Shown here: positions 8,780 through 19,568 of the stretch, piece by piece
Layout of the letters: the number at the start of each line of letters is the position of its first letter
Position numbering within the stretch: the first letter of the stretch is position 1
Source of the DNA: an uncultured Actinomycetes bacterium
GTDB lineage: Bacteria; Actinomycetota; Acidimicrobiia; IMCC26256; JBBRZM01
Length of the DNA: 64,000 nucleotides
Reading direction: 5' to 3'
Assembly: GCA_963813635.1 (NCBI GenBank)
Contig: CAWEZO010000011.1
Location: 15,941-79,940, forward strand
Notes under the pieces: model-generated
Told to the model about the DNA's origin: nothing
The model's input: only the letters and a program-made list of their open reading frames with translations
The model's database searches: none
Made by a program: the position numbers and the translations under genes

Positions 8780-11621
8780 GTGGGCATGGAGGCAGCGTGC
8801 GACACTTCCGCCGTGAGTGAACGTCGGGATCCCTCGGCGGTGTTGCAGACACCGCGGGTCGTCGCCGCGCTCGACGCGTCGGCAGACGCGGTCACCGCGC
8901 GCGGCGCGCTGAGTCGCATCCTGGAATCGCACCCCGAGCTTTCGGAACCGCTCGTCGGGGAACGGCTGCTGCGCGACGGCCTGATCGCCATCACCGCGGT
9001 GTCCCGTTCGCTCGCTGCTGCCATCGTTTCCGACGCCGAGCTCGTGATCCCGCTGCGCGACGAGAAAGGGTTCCACCGTGAGCAGTCGCTCGAGGAATAT
9101 CGCGCCGCGTCGATCGTCGCGGCGCCGCACGACCGCGACAACGCCGAAGCTCGGCGCGCGCTCCGCCGTTGGAAGCGGCGCGAGCTGTTGCGCACCGCGG
9201 CCCGCGACCTCCTGACCGTCGCCGATCTTCCCGCTGTCGGTCGTGAGCTCGCCGGATTGGCACAGGCATGTCTCGAGCGCGCGGTCGGCCTCGCCGCACC
9301 CGATGTGCCGTTCGCCATCATCGGGATGGGCAAGCTCGGCGGGTCGGAGCTCAATTACGCGAGCGACGTCGACGTGCTCTTCGTGCACGAAGGAGACGCG
9401 GAGGTGGCCGAGCATGTGGCCCGCGCCATCCTCGGCGTGATGACCGAGCCGACGGCTGACGGGATCGTCTTTCGCACCGACGCCGACTTGCGTCCCGAGG
9501 GACGCTCCGGGCCGCTCAGCCGCAGTCTCGACAGCTACGGCGCGTACTACGACCGATGGGCGCGAACGTGGGAGTTCCAGGCGTTGCTGAAGGCACGACC
9601 CGTGGGCGGCGACGCGAACCTCGCCGACCGGTTTCTCGCGCTGGTCGCGCCGTATGTCTGGCCGGACGCGCTCGATCCCGACGCGGTGCGCGAGGTCCGC
9701 GCGATGAAGGCGCGCGCGGAGGCGGAGACGCGCAAGAAGGGTTTGACCGAACGCGAGTTGAAGCGCGGCCGGGGCGGGATCCGCGACATCGAGTTCGCCG
9801 TGCAGCTGCTGCAACTCGTGCACGGCCGTCACGATCAGTCGGTGCGGTCGCGCAACACGCTTGAAGCGCTCGGTCAACTCGCGGCTGCGGGCTACGTCGA
9901 GCCGGCTGACGCGACGCGACTCGACCGCTCGTACCAGTTCCTCCGGACGGTCGAGCACCGCCTCCAGCTGCATGACGAGCAGCAGACGCACACCGTGCCA
10001 TCAGACGTCGCGACGCGCACACGTTTGGCCCGGACGCTCGGATATCGAGATCGCCCCGCTAGCAGCGCGCTCGAGCAGTTCGACGAAGCCGCTCGCGCGA
10101 ACCAGGCGCTCGTGCGCTCCATTCACGAGCGCCTGTTCTTCGCACCACTGCTCGACACCCTCGCGGGCGCGGGGGCGCTCCCTGCAGAAGCAGTCGAGGA
10201 GCGACTGGCCGCGTTCGGGTTCGTCGATGTGGCGCGCACCCGCGATGCGCTGCTCGAGCTCACGCAGGGCCTGACGCGCCGTTCCAAGCTCATGCAACAG
10301 CTCTTGCCGATCATCCTCGAGTGGCTGTCGACGACGCCGGACCCCGACCTCGGCCTGCTCCAGCTCCGGCGGCTGGCCGAGGGCCCGGCTCGTTCGGCTG
10401 CACTCGCGACGACCTTCCGTGAGTCACCGGGCGCGGCTGAGAGAACGTGTCGCCTCCTGGGTGCGAGCCGCCTCCTCGGCGACGGGCTGCGCCGGCAGCC
10501 CGACTTCGTCGACGCGCTCTCCGACGACGAGCTGCTCGCGCACGAGAAATCACTCGACGAGCTCGTCGAGGAGGCTTCGAGCACATTGACGTGGCGAGCC
10601 GGCACCGACGCGCGTCGAGAAGGACTCCGTCGCTTCAAGCGCCGCGAGCTGTTGCGCGTCGCGGCGCGGCGACATCCTCGGTTTCGCCGACATCGAAGCG
10701 ACCGAGCGCGAGCTCGCCGCGCTCGCCGATGCCTGCCTCGAGGTCGCGCTCCGGAGCTTGGAGCCACAGCTCCCCTTCGCGGTGATCGGCATGGGCCGTT
10801 TGGGTGGCGGCGAGCTCTCGTATGCCTCCGACATCGACGTGTTGTTCGTCTACGAGGGAAACGGCGCCACGGCGTTCGACATGGCCGAGCGCACCGCGAC
10901 CGACTTGATGCGCGAGATCGGTGCGACCACCGCGGAGGGCCAAACGTTTCGGATCGATCCCAACCTCCGGCCCGAAGGCAAGCAGGGACCGCTCGCACGC
11001 TCGCTCGATGGGTACCGCACGTACTACGAGCGGTGGGCGTTGACGTGGGAGTTCCAGGCATTGCTCAAGGCGACGCCCGTCGCCGGCGATCGCGAGCTCG
11101 GGGAGCGGTTCTGCACGCTGATCGAGCCGTTCGTGTACCGCGACCCATTCCCAGAAGACGCCGTGCGCGAAGTGCGGCGTATGAAGGCACGGATCGAGCG
11201 CGAGCGCATCCCACCCGGCGAAGACCCGCAGTTTCACTTGAAGCTCGGCCGCGGCTCACTTTCCGACGTGGAGTTCACCGTGCAGCTGCTCCAGCTCGAG
11301 CACGGCCATGCGCACCCCGAGTTGCGCGTCGCGTCGACGATGAGCGCGCTGCGTACGTTGCGTGACGCCGCGTTGCTCGACGGCCAGGACGCGAGCGCGC
11401 TCGAGGACGCATACCGGTTCTGCGAACGGGCGCGCAACGCTCGATACTTGCTCCTCGGTTCACCGGGCGACGCGCTCCCTGGTGGCGACGACGCCGAGCG
11501 GCTCGCGCGCCTCTTGGGTTACGTACATCGACCACACGCGACCCTGCGCGACGACTACAGACGGGTCACCCGCCGCGCCCGGCGCGTGGTGGAGCGCGTG
11601 TTCTACGGCGCGGACGAATAG
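8780..11621 (+). CDS. glnE: Bifunctional glutamine synthetase adenylyltransferase/adenylyl-removing enzyme; apparent frameshift near 10661-10672
   Basis: Two nucleotidyltransferase repeats (AIIGMGKLGGSELNYASDVDVLFVHE and AVIGMGRLGGGELSYASDIDVLFVYE). ORF 8780..11365 is meaningful up to RRELLRVAAR. The text continues as DILGFADIEATERELAALADACLEVAL in the frame of ORF 10758..11621. One extra G explains the switch. Confidence 0.9.
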
Positions 11622-11666
11622 CCGGCTTTTCGTCAAGCCCGGCGCCCCGGGCGTCGATAAAAGACC

Positions 11667-12635
11667 GTGCCACGCCTACGCTCGCTCGTTCTCATCGTCG
11701 CGGCCATAACGCTGCTGTCAGCCGGCTGCGGCCTCGCAGCCGCGCCGGTGCAGGGTGCCTCGTCACCCCTCCCGACCATCAACGAGGACTGGGCCGACTC
11801 GACGCTCCTCGCCGCTCGGGGCCACTACTACACGTACTCCACCGCCAACGGTCACGGCCATGTCCCGGTCGCGGTCTCGAGCAACTTCGCGCGAGTATCA
11901 GATCCGCGGCGACGCGCTTCCGAACCGGCCCTGGTGGTCGACCGACGGTCCGTGGGCGCCGACGGTCATCCAGGTCGGCGACCACTTCGTCATGTGGTAC
12001 ACGACGACCTATGACCCGAACGGGACGGCGTGCATCACGAGCGCCGTGAGCGCCAACCCGCAGGGACCGTTCGTCGATAACAGCAGCGTGCCCCTCATCT
12101 GTGGTGGTCCCGCCGCGTCGATCGATCCGGACGTGTTCACCGGCCTCGATGGCGCGCACTACGTCACCTGGAAGCACACCTACGACGGTGTCTCACCCAA
12201 CAGCATCAACAGCGCCCGGCTCTCCCCGGACGCGCGCTCGATCGACTGGTCGACCGCAACTCGCTTGATGGTGCCGCAGCGCGGCTGGGAAGGCGCGAAC
12301 GCGGAGAACCCGACCATGCTCGTCACGCTCGGCGGCTACTGGCTCTTCTACTCGGGTAACGAGTGGTACACGGACCGCTACGCGGTCGGCGTACAACGAT
12401 GCGACGGCCCGCTCGGGCCGTGCCATCCGGTCTACGACGGACCGGTGCTCGCGTCCCGCGGCTTCATGCGAGGGCCGGGTGGACCCTCGCTGGTGTTCCT
12501 ACCGCCGTACGGCGCACTGTTCATGACCTTCCACGCCTGGACCTATCCGAAGATCGGCTACCCGGCGGGCGGCGCGCGCGCAAGATGTTCATCCTGCCGG
12601 TGACGTTCCCCCACGGCACGCCCGTCGTCGGCTAG
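11667..12635 (+). CDS. GH43-like beta-propeller glycoside hydrolase lipoprotein; two apparent frameshifts (about 11885-11893 and 12570-12582)
   Basis: Lipoprotein signal MPRLRSLVLIVAAITLLSAGCG. Motifs WAPTVIQVGDHFVMWYT, IDPDVFTGLDGAHYVTWK, ENPTMLVTLGGYWLFYSGNEW. The protein is spread over ORFs 11667..12014, 11755..12603 and 12363..12635. Confidence 0.6.
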
Positions 12636-12677
12636 CTCCGCGATGACGATCGGTGCGACTACTGTCCGATCAACTTC

Positions 12678-13934
12678 TCAATCGGAGGCGTGGCGGCGCG
12701 AGAGGGAGTCGATCGTGACCGCTGCGAGCAGCACGAGCGCGGTCACCACGTACTTGGCGGCCGCGCTGTAGCCCTGCAGGCCCATGCCGTTGTCGATCGC
12801 GGCGATCACAAGTCCACCCAGCACGGCATGGATCGGTTTGCCGCGGCCGCCGAACAGGCTCGTTCCACCGATGACCGCCGCCGCAACCGCGTAGAGCACG
12901 AGTGTGCCGCCGTCGAGCGCGGTTGAAACCGAACGCAACCGCGATGCATACACGATGCCGGCGATCCCGGCGGTGAACGACGCGAGCACGAAACAGACAG
13001 TGCGGATGGTGGCCAGGTTGATGCCGGCGCGGCGAGCGGCCTCGGGATTGCCACCGACGGCGTACACGTAACGCCCGAATTTGGTCCGCCCGAGGAGGAA
13101 CGTCCACGCCGCGAGCACGCCGAGCACGATCAACACCACCCACGGCACGCCTTTGATCGGTATGAGCCGGCCACGGTTGGTGTTGCAGATCAACACGACC
13201 ACGACACCGGCAACGGCTGACGCGACGATCTTCAGGATCGTGAGGCTCGCCGGCGGCGCCACGAGGCCGCTCGCGCGGCGGCGTGACTCGTGAAGCCACG
13301 TGCGAACCCCGATCAACGTCACGATCAGGATCATGACGATCCAGCTGGCGGCGGGTGTCAGGTTGCCGCTCGTGAGATCGTTCACCACCTTGTCGTTGAT
13401 GGGCAGTGAGCCGCCCTGTCCGAGCATGAGCAGCATCACACCCTGCCAACCGAGCAGACCCGCGAGCGTGACGACGAACGAGGGAACGCCCAGCCGGGTG
13501 ATGATCGTGCCGTGCAGCGCGCCGATCAACGCGCACACGACGAGCGCAGCGAGAATCGCGCCCCACCACGGCCAGCCGTACTGCTCCTTCACGAGCTCGG
13601 CGGTGACGATGCCGCCGATACCGCTGACGAAACCGATCGACAGGTCGATCTCTCCCAACAGCAGCGCGAAGACCTCGCCCATGGCCAACAGCATGAAGAC
13701 CGCGCCCTGGATCAGCAGATTGACGAGATTCCCGGCACTGAGAAAGTTGGAGTTGAGCGACTGGAACAGGATCGAGATGAGGATGAAACCGAGGACGACC
13801 GGCAGCACGCCGGCGTCGCCGGAGCGGATTCGCACGTACACCACGTGCATGTAATCGCGGAGGGATTTGACGTCGAGCTCGGGCTCGTCGGTGACCTCGG
13901 TCTCGGCGACAGCTTCTTCCGCAAGGTCACGCAT
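12678..13934 (-). CDS. Sugar ABC transporter permease (CUT2, XylH/RbsC-like)
   Basis: Start set to ATG 13934 (MRDLAEEAVAE...), 5 nt after the ATPase stop. Multi-TM protein with the TKFGRYVYAVGGNPEAARRAGI motif. The upstream part of ORF 12678..14549 is out-of-frame overlap with the ATPase gene. Confidence 0.85.
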   Translation of the reverse strand: MRDLAEEAVAETEVTDEPELDVKSLRDYMHVVYVRIRSGDAGVLPVVLGFILISILFQSLNSNFLSAGNLVNLLIQGAVFMLLAMGEVFALLLGEIDLSIGFVSGIGGIVTAELVKEQYGWPWWGAILAALVVCALIGALHGTIITRLGVPSFVVTLAGLLGWQGVMLLMLGQGGSLPINDKVVNDLTSGNLTPAASWIVMILIVTLIGVRTWLHESRRRASGLVAPPASLTILKIVASAVAGVVVVLICNTNRGRLIPIKGVPWVVLIVLGVLAAWTFLLGRTKFGRYVYAVGGNPEAARRAGINLATIRTVCFVLASFTAGIAGIVYASRLRSVSTALDGGTLVLYAVAAAVIGGTSLFGGRGKPIHAVLGGLVIAAIDNGMGLQGYSAAAKYVVTALVLLAAVTIDSLSRRHASD

Positions 13935-13939
13935 GTCGG

Positions 13940-14755
13940 TCACGAGGAGCCGACCGTTCGTGTCGACTCGCCGGTCGTCATGAGGTCGACGACGATCTGC
14001 GTGTCCATCTCGATGGCCGGACGCAGCGCAACGAGGCGACCGAGGTGAAGCACCGCGATACGGTCGGCGACCTCGAACACGTCGTTCATGTTGTGCGAGA
14101 TGACGAGGACGGCAAGACCTCGGTCGGCGAGCTGCCGCACCAGGTTCAAGACCATGCGCGTCTGCGCGACGCCGAGGGCCGCCGTCGGCTCGTCCATGTT
14201 CACCAACTTGTTGTTCCAGAGCACGGCCTTCGCGATCGCCACCGACTGCCGTTGCCCGCCCGACAACGACGCGACCCGTTGGCGAACCGACCGGACGCTC
14301 GTGACTGCCAGCCCGCTCAGCGTCTCGCCGGCGGCCTTCTCCATGTTGTCCTCGTCGAGGGCTATGTGACGCGTCTTCTCGCGCCCCAGGAACATGTTCT
14401 GGACGATGTCGAGGTTGTCGCACAGAGCGAGGTCCTGGTGGACGGTCTCGATCCCGAGGCCCGCCGCGTCGCGGGGCGTCCGAATGTGGGCGCGCTCTCC
14501 TTCCCAGATGATCTCGCCCGAGTCGGGCGTGTGGATCCCCGCGATGCACTTGATGAGCACCGATTTGCCCGCACCGTTGTCTCCGGTCAGCGCGGTGACC
14601 TGGCCGGCCGGGATGTCGAAATCGACGTCGACGAGCGCGTGCACCGGTCCGAAGCTCTTGCTGACGCCCCGGAGCCGGAGGAGGGGATCCGGACCCGCTG
14701 ATCCAGCGAGTCCGGTCCCGGCTCCGGCCCCGGTTGATGGGGCCTCAGTGCTCAT
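13940..14755 (-). CDS. Sugar ABC transporter ATP-binding protein (single NBD)
   Basis: Walker A GDNGAGKS, signature LSGGQRQ, Walker B LVNMDEPTAAL, H-loop ISHN. Confidence 0.9.
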   Translation of the reverse strand: MSTEAPSTGAGAGTGLAGSAGPDPLLRLRGVSKSFGPVHALVDVDFDIPAGQVTALTGDNGAGKSVLIKCIAGIHTPDSGEIIWEGERAHIRTPRDAAGLGIETVHQDLALCDNLDIVQNMFLGREKTRHIALDEDNMEKAAGETLSGLAVTSVRSVRQRVASLSGGQRQSVAIAKAVLWNNKLVNMDEPTAALGVAQTRMVLNLVRQLADRGLAVLVISHNMNDVFEVADRIAVLHLGRLVALRPAIEMDTQIVVDLMTTGESTRTVGSS

Positions 14756-14761
14756 GCGTTG

Positions 14762-16009
14762 TTACTTGATTCCGGCAGCCGTGCAGGCGGCGGCGACCGC
14801 TTGCACACACAGCGCGTCCGCGGTGGTCCATCCGTCCTTGATGACCGTTGCCGCCATGTTCTCGGTTGTCACCCACTTCGGCGTGAGGAGCAACGAAGCG
14901 ACGTCGGTGTTGGCCTGGGTGTCCTTCGTCGTGCCGTTCTTCAGGGCGGCCGGCACTTTCTCTCCCGCGCGGAGGTAGAGAGCGATTGTGGCGGCGGCTT
15001 GTGCCTCGGCGGTGATCGGCTTGTAGACCGTGCCGCACTGGTAGCCCTTGAGGATGTTCTGCAGGCCGACCGGCGAGGCATCCTGACCGGTGGTCGGGAA
15101 CGTCTTGGCCGGGATCTGTTGCGACTGCAGCACGGCAATCACCGCGTTGGCGTTGTCGTCGTTCGGGGTCACTACGGCGTTGATGTTCTTGTGGGCCGTG
15201 TACTGCTGCTGGAAGGTGGTAGCCGCTTCCGACGGCGTCCAGGTTCCGGCCGGCTCGCCCACCTTCACGTACGTGCCATTGTCGAACGACGGCTTGAGCA
15301 CGCCGTTGTAACCCTGCGCGAACAGCGTGGCGTTGTTGTCGGTGGGGTCGCCGTCCATGACGAGGATGTTCGGCTTGGACACCTTCCACGCATTGATGCA
15401 CGAGACCTCACCTTGGCCGATGAGCTGCCCGACTTTCACGTTGTTGAAGCTGACGTAGTAACGGTTCGGATCGCCGCCCTTGGTCAGACGGTCGTAGTCG
15501 ATCACCGCGACACCCTTGGCTTTCGCGGATGCCTCGATGGCCGCGCCGCTTCCCGAATCGATCGCGTCGACGAGCAGGACAGTCGCGCCGTTCGTGATGT
15601 CGGCGTCGGCCTGGGTCTGCATCGTGGTGGCGCTGCCCTGCGCGTTGTCGACCTTGAAGTCGCTACTCGAGAGGCCCGCCGCCTTGAACGCCTGGGTGAG
15701 ATACGGCCGGTCGTACGTCTCGTAGCGGGCCGAGGTGGTCGTGTCGGGCAACAACACGCCGATGAGGCCCTTGCCCTTGGCGGCCACCGATTTCAGCTGC
15801 GCCATCGCGGAGAAGTCAGCAGTGAATGACGCAGGTGTGAGCTTGATGACGGTCGTCGACTTCGAGGTGGTCGAGGAGCTCTTCGATGAGCTCGACGAGC
15901 TGCCACACGCCGCCGCGCCGAGGACCGCTCCGACGGTCATCACGATCACCGCGGCGCGCCTTCCTTTGTGGGCGGTATTGCTCCTGGCTCCGATCAGCGG
16001 AATCTTCAC
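14762..16009 (-). CDS. Sugar ABC transporter substrate-binding lipoprotein (periplasmic-binding-protein type I, xylose/arabinose-like)
   Basis: Start set to GTG 16009, 6 nt after AGGAGA. Signal VKIPLIGARSNTAHKGRRAAVIVMTVGAVLGAAACG with a lipobox. LIGVLLPDTTTSARY and VIDYDR are typical of the family. Confidence 0.8.
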   Translation of the reverse strand: MKIPLIGARSNTAHKGRRAAVIVMTVGAVLGAAACGSSSSSSKSSSTTSKSTTVIKLTPASFTADFSAMAQLKSVAAKGKGLIGVLLPDTTTSARYETYDRPYLTQAFKAAGLSSSDFKVDNAQGSATTMQTQADADITNGATVLLVDAIDSGSGAAIEASAKAKGVAVIDYDRLTKGGDPNRYYVSFNNVKVGQLIGQGEVSCINAWKVSKPNILVMDGDPTDNNATLFAQGYNGVLKPSFDNGTYVKVGEPAGTWTPSEAATTFQQQYTAHKNINAVVTPNDDNANAVIAVLQSQQIPAKTFPTTGQDASPVGLQNILKGYQCGTVYKPITAEAQAAATIALYLRAGEKVPAALKNGTTKDTQANTDVASLLLTPKWVTTENMAATVIKDGWTTADALCVQAVAAACTAAGIK

Positions 16010-16132
16010 TTCGGTCTCCTGTCGTATGAGCGGTGGCCGTCGCGGCTTCCATACCCCAGTCGCTGTGGCTGTACCCACTCGTAGCATCCGCGGGCCATCG
16101 CGTCCACGGGCACTTCCTGCCGGTTCGTCGCT

Positions 16133-16474
16133 ATGAGAACCAGTCGTGCTGTTGGCCTCGTCTTCACCAATGAGCGCGGCGCACCGATCCAGCAGCACCC
16201 GTTCTCGGTGGTGTTCAGCGCAGCACGCGATCGTGCCGGTTTGCCGGCATGGGCAACACCCCACGCTCTCCGCCACTACTACGCCTCGTTGCTGATCCGC
16301 TCCGGCGCGTCCGTCAAGGTCGTGCAGGCCCGCCTCGGTCACGCGAGCGCGAAGACGACGTTGGATGTCTTCGGGCACCTGTGGCCGGACGACGAGGACC
16401 GAACTCGGCGAGCGGTCGACGACGCGTTCGCTGTTCCTACTGAGGACCGGCTGAGGACTGCCGACGGCCGCTGA
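16133..16474 (+). pseudogene. Tyrosine recombinase (phage integrase) C-terminal remnant; N-terminus missing and catalytic Tyr replaced by Phe
   Basis: 113-aa ORF with LVFTNERGAPI, HALRHYYASLLIRSGASVKVVQARLGHASAKTTLDVFGHLWP. An in-frame stop lies 17 codons upstream of the ATG. TTC at 16370-16372 sits where the family has the TAC Tyr nucleophile. Confidence 0.7.
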
Positions 16475-16500
16475 CCGCGAAAGCGCAGGTCAGCGGCCGT
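16464..16500. terminator. Bidirectional hairpin between the integrase remnant and glnA1
   Basis: ACGGCCGCTGACC (16464-16476) and GGTCAGCGGCCGT (16488-16500) form a 13-bp perfect stem. The loop GCGAAAGCGCA can extend the stem. Confidence 0.6.
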
Positions 16501-16506
16501 AAACGG

Positions 16507-17937
16507 CTAGATGTCGTAGTAGAGGTAGAACTCCCACGGGTGCGGGCGCAGGCGCATGGCGTCGATCTCGTTTTCGCGCTTGTACGTGAGCCACGTGTCG
16601 ATCACGTCGGGCGTGAACACGCCGCCCGCGAGCAGGAACTCGTGGTCGGCTTCGAGCGCCTCGAGCGCCTCGTCGAGCGAGCCCGGCACTTGCGGGACCG
16701 CCGCGAGCTCCTCGGGAGGAAGGTCGTACAGGTCACGGTCGAGTGGCGTCGGCGGCTCGATACGGTTCTGAATGCCGTCGAGGCCGGCCATGAGCATCGC
16801 CGGGAACGCGAGGTACGGGTTGCACGACGGGTCGGGACAGCGGAACTCGAGTCGCTTGGCCTTCGGGCTCTTCGAGTACAGCGGGATCCGCACCGACGCG
16901 GACCGGTTGCGCTGTGAGTACACGAGGTTGACCGGCGCCTCGTAGCCCGGCACCAGCCGCTTGTACGAGTTGGTGGTCGGGTTGGTGAACGCGCAGATCG
17001 CCCGCGCATGCTTCAACAGCCCGCCGATGTACCAGCGCGCCATGTCGGAGAGCCCGGCGTAGCCCTTCTCGTCGAAGAACAGCGGCTCGCCGCCCTTCCA
17101 GAGCGACTGGTGCACGTGCATGCCCGAGCCGTTGTCCTGGAAGATCGGCTTCGGCATGAACGTGACCGAGAAACCGGCGTCACGCGCGACGTTCTTCACG
17201 ACGTACTTGTAGAGCATGAGCTTGTCGGCCATGGTCGCCAGCGTGTCGAAGCGCATGTCGATCTCGGCCTGGCCGGCGGTACCGACTTCGTGGTGCTGCA
17301 CCTCGATGGCGATGCCGACCTGCTCGAGCACGCGCACCATCTCGGAGCGCAGGTCCTGGAACTGGTCCATCGGGGGGACGGGGAAGTACCCCTCCTTGTA
17401 GCGCGGCTTGTACGCCAGGTTGGGAGTGCCGTCGAGCTCGAACTCGCGTCCGGAGTTCCACACGCCTTCGACGGAGTCGAGGAAGTAGTAGCCCGAGAAC
17501 TGGTTCTGGTCGAAGCGCACCGAGTCGAAGATGTAGAACTCCGCTTCAGGACCGAAGTACGCGGTGTCGGCGATGCCGGTGCCACGCAGGTAGTCCTCCG
17601 CCTTCTTGGCGATGTAGCGCGGGTCGCGGCTGTACGCCTCGCCGGTCACGGGGTCACGCACGAACGCGTTGATGTTGAGCGTCGGGTGCTGGCGGAACGG
17701 GTCGATCAGCGCGGTGTCGGGATCGGGCATGAGGAGCATGTCGGATTCCTGGATCTCCTGGAACCCGCGGATCGACGAGCCGTCGAAGCCGAGGCCCTCG
17801 TCGAAGACGTCCTCGGTGAGCTCGTGCGCGGGGATGGAGAAGTGCTGCATCAAGCCGGGAAGATCGCAGAACCGCACGTCGACGATCTCGACGCCGCCGT
17901 TGTCCATCATCTTCAAGACGTCGCTGGGTGTCGCCAC
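16507..17937 (-). CDS. glnA: Glutamine synthetase type I (adenylylatable GSI-beta)
   Basis: 476-aa ORF with [38 protein letters not shown]. The adenylylation-loop motif [11 protein letters not shown] is consistent with glnE being in the window. Confidence 0.95.
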   Translation of the reverse strand: MATPSDVLKMMDNGGVEIVDVRFCDLPGLMQHFSIPAHELTEDVFDEGLGFDGSSIRGFQEIQESDMLLMPDPDTALIDPFRQHPTLNINAFVRDPVTGEAYSRDPRYIAKKAEDYLRGTGIADTAYFGPEAEFYIFDSVRFDQNQFSGYYFLDSVEGVWNSGREFELDGTPNLAYKPRYKEGYFPVPPMDQFQDLRSEMVRVLEQVGIAIEVQHHEVGTAGQAEIDMRFDTLATMADKLMLYKYVVKNVARDAGFSVTFMPKPIFQDNGSGMHVHQSLWKGGEPLFFDEKGYAGLSDMARWYIGGLLKHARAICAFTNPTTNSYKRLVPGYEAPVNLVYSQRNRSASVRIPLYSKSPKAKRLEFRCPDPSCNPYLAFPAMLMAGLDGIQNRIEPPTPLDRDLYDLPPEELAAVPQVPGSLDEALEALEADHEFLLAGGVFTPDVIDTWLTYKRENEIDAMRLRPHPWEFYLYYDI

Positions 17938-18242
17938 TGCGTAACCTCCACCTCGTCACGTCCGGGCGGACCCGCCGCGGAACTGCGGGAGCCTATGTCG
18001 CGACCATCGGTTCGATCCCAACGCAGCTGCCCGCTGCAGACGCCACGCTCCCAAGCAGCCATTTCTCGTCCATTGCCCCAAGGTGAACGCTCCGTTAACG
18101 GGCCGGTATGGCCGGATTCGACCTCCGGAACCGCCGATCACACCTGCCAGAATGGTGCTGCAGGCAGGCGATCGCGCCGGGCATTCAGCCAGCGAACAGC
18201 CGCGGGACGGGTGACCCGGTCCGCAGAGAGCGAGCGAGAGAT

Positions 18243-19568
18243 ATGGAACGGCAACTGGACTACGTGCTTCGAACAGTCGAAGAGCGGGGCGTGCGGTTCG
18301 TGCGCCTGTGGTTCACCGACGTGTTCGGGTTCCTCAAGAGCTTCGCGATCACGCCCGCCGAGTTGGAAGGCGCGCTCGAAGAGGGCATGACGTTCGACGG
18401 CTCCGCGATCGAGGGCTACAGCCGCGTGCAGGAATCCGACATGCTCGCGATGCCGGATCCGAAGACGTTCGAGATCGTCCCGTGGCGCGGCGAGGACGCG
18501 CCGACGGCGCGCATGTTCTGCGACATCCAACACGTGTCGGGCGATCCGTTCGAAGGCGATCCCCGCCAGGTGCTGAAGCGCAGCCTCGAGAAGGCGCGTG
18601 AGAAGGGCTTCACGTTCTATGCCGGCCCGGAGATGGAGTTCTTCTACTTCAAGTCGTCCGAGACGCCGGATCCGCTCGACCACGCCGGCTACTTCGACCT
18701 CACCCAGATGGACATGGTCTCCAACCTGCGGAAGCAGACGATCGTGACGTTGGAGGCGATGGGCATCCCGGTCGAGTACTCGTTCCACGAGCTGGGTCCG
18801 AGCCAGCATGAGATCGATCTGCGGTACACCGACGCGCTCACCATGGCCGACAACGTGATGACGTTCCGGCTGGTGGTCAAGGAGGTCGCGCAGGACCTCG
18901 GCGTGTACGCGACGTTCATGCCAAAGCCGATCGTTGGAGCGTTCGGCTCAGGCATGCACACCCACTTGTCGCTGTTCGAAGGCGACGTCAACGCGTTCCA
19001 CGACCCCGGTGACCCGCACGGCTTGTCGAAGGTCGGGAAGTCCTTCATCGCCGGGTTGCTGCACCACGGCCGCGAGATCACCGCCGTCACCAATCAGTGG
19101 GTCAACTCGTACAAGCGTCTCATCGAGGGGTACGAGGCGCCCATATACATCTGCTGGGCCCGTAACAACCGCTCCGCGCTCGTGCGACTGCCGGTCACGA
19201 AGCGCGGGAAGGAGGCGTCGACACGCATCGAGTTCCGCTCACCCGACCCCGCGTGCAATCCCTATCTCGCGTTCAGCTTGATGCTCGCGGCCGGCTTGAA
19301 GGGCGTCGAGGAGGGCTACGACCTGCCGCCCGAGGCGACCAACAACATCTACGAGATGACGGCCGAGGAGCGCGCCGCGGAAGGGATCCGTTCGTTGCCC
19401 CAGTCGCTCAACGAGGCTATCGACGTGATGGAGGGCTCGGAGCTCGTCGCGGAGGCGCTCGGCGAGCACGTCTTTGAGTACTTCATCCGCAACAAGCGCG
19501 CCGAGTGGGCCGAGTACAAGGCCCAGGTGACGCCGTTCGAGCTCGAACGGTACCTGGGCACGCTATGA
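18243..19568 (+). CDS. glnA2: Glutamine synthetase, GlnA2-type
   Basis: Start set to ATG 18243 (MERQLDYVLRTVEERGVRFVRLWFTDVFG). Motifs GSGMHTHLSLF and NRSALVRLP. About 441 aa. Confidence 0.9.
   Translation: MERQLDYVLRTVEERGVRFVRLWFTDVFGFLKSFAITPAELEGALEEGMTFDGSAIEGYSRVQESDMLAMPDPKTFEIVPWRGEDAPTARMFCDIQHVSGDPFEGDPRQVLKRSLEKAREKGFTFYAGPEMEFFYFKSSETPDPLDHAGYFDLTQMDMVSNLRKQTIVTLEAMGIPVEYSFHELGPSQHEIDLRYTDALTMADNVMTFRLVVKEVAQDLGVYATFMPKPIVGAFGSGMHTHLSLFEGDVNAFHDPGDPHGLSKVGKSFIAGLLHHGREITAVTNQWVNSYKRLIEGYEAPIYICWARNNRSALVRLPVTKRGKEASTRIEFRSPDPACNPYLAFSLMLAAGLKGVEEGYDLPPEATNNIYEMTAEERAAEGIRSLPQSLNEAIDVMEGSELVAEALGEHVFEYFIRNKRAEWAEYKAQVTPFELERYLGTL

Noticed and set aside
16010-16500. Integrated prophage or genomic island around the integrase fragment
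   Set aside because: Only a 113-aa catalytically dead C-terminal stump exists. Flanking genes are core (sugar ABC transporter, glnA), and I see no direct repeats or composition shift.
17975-18035. tRNA or tRNA fragment suggested by GGTTCGATCCCAAC in the glnA1/glnA2 spacer
   Set aside because: The flanking bases do not form a T stem (3 of 5 pairs), and no acceptor, D or anticodon arms can be built. Only a simple CTGCG...CGCAG hairpin is present.
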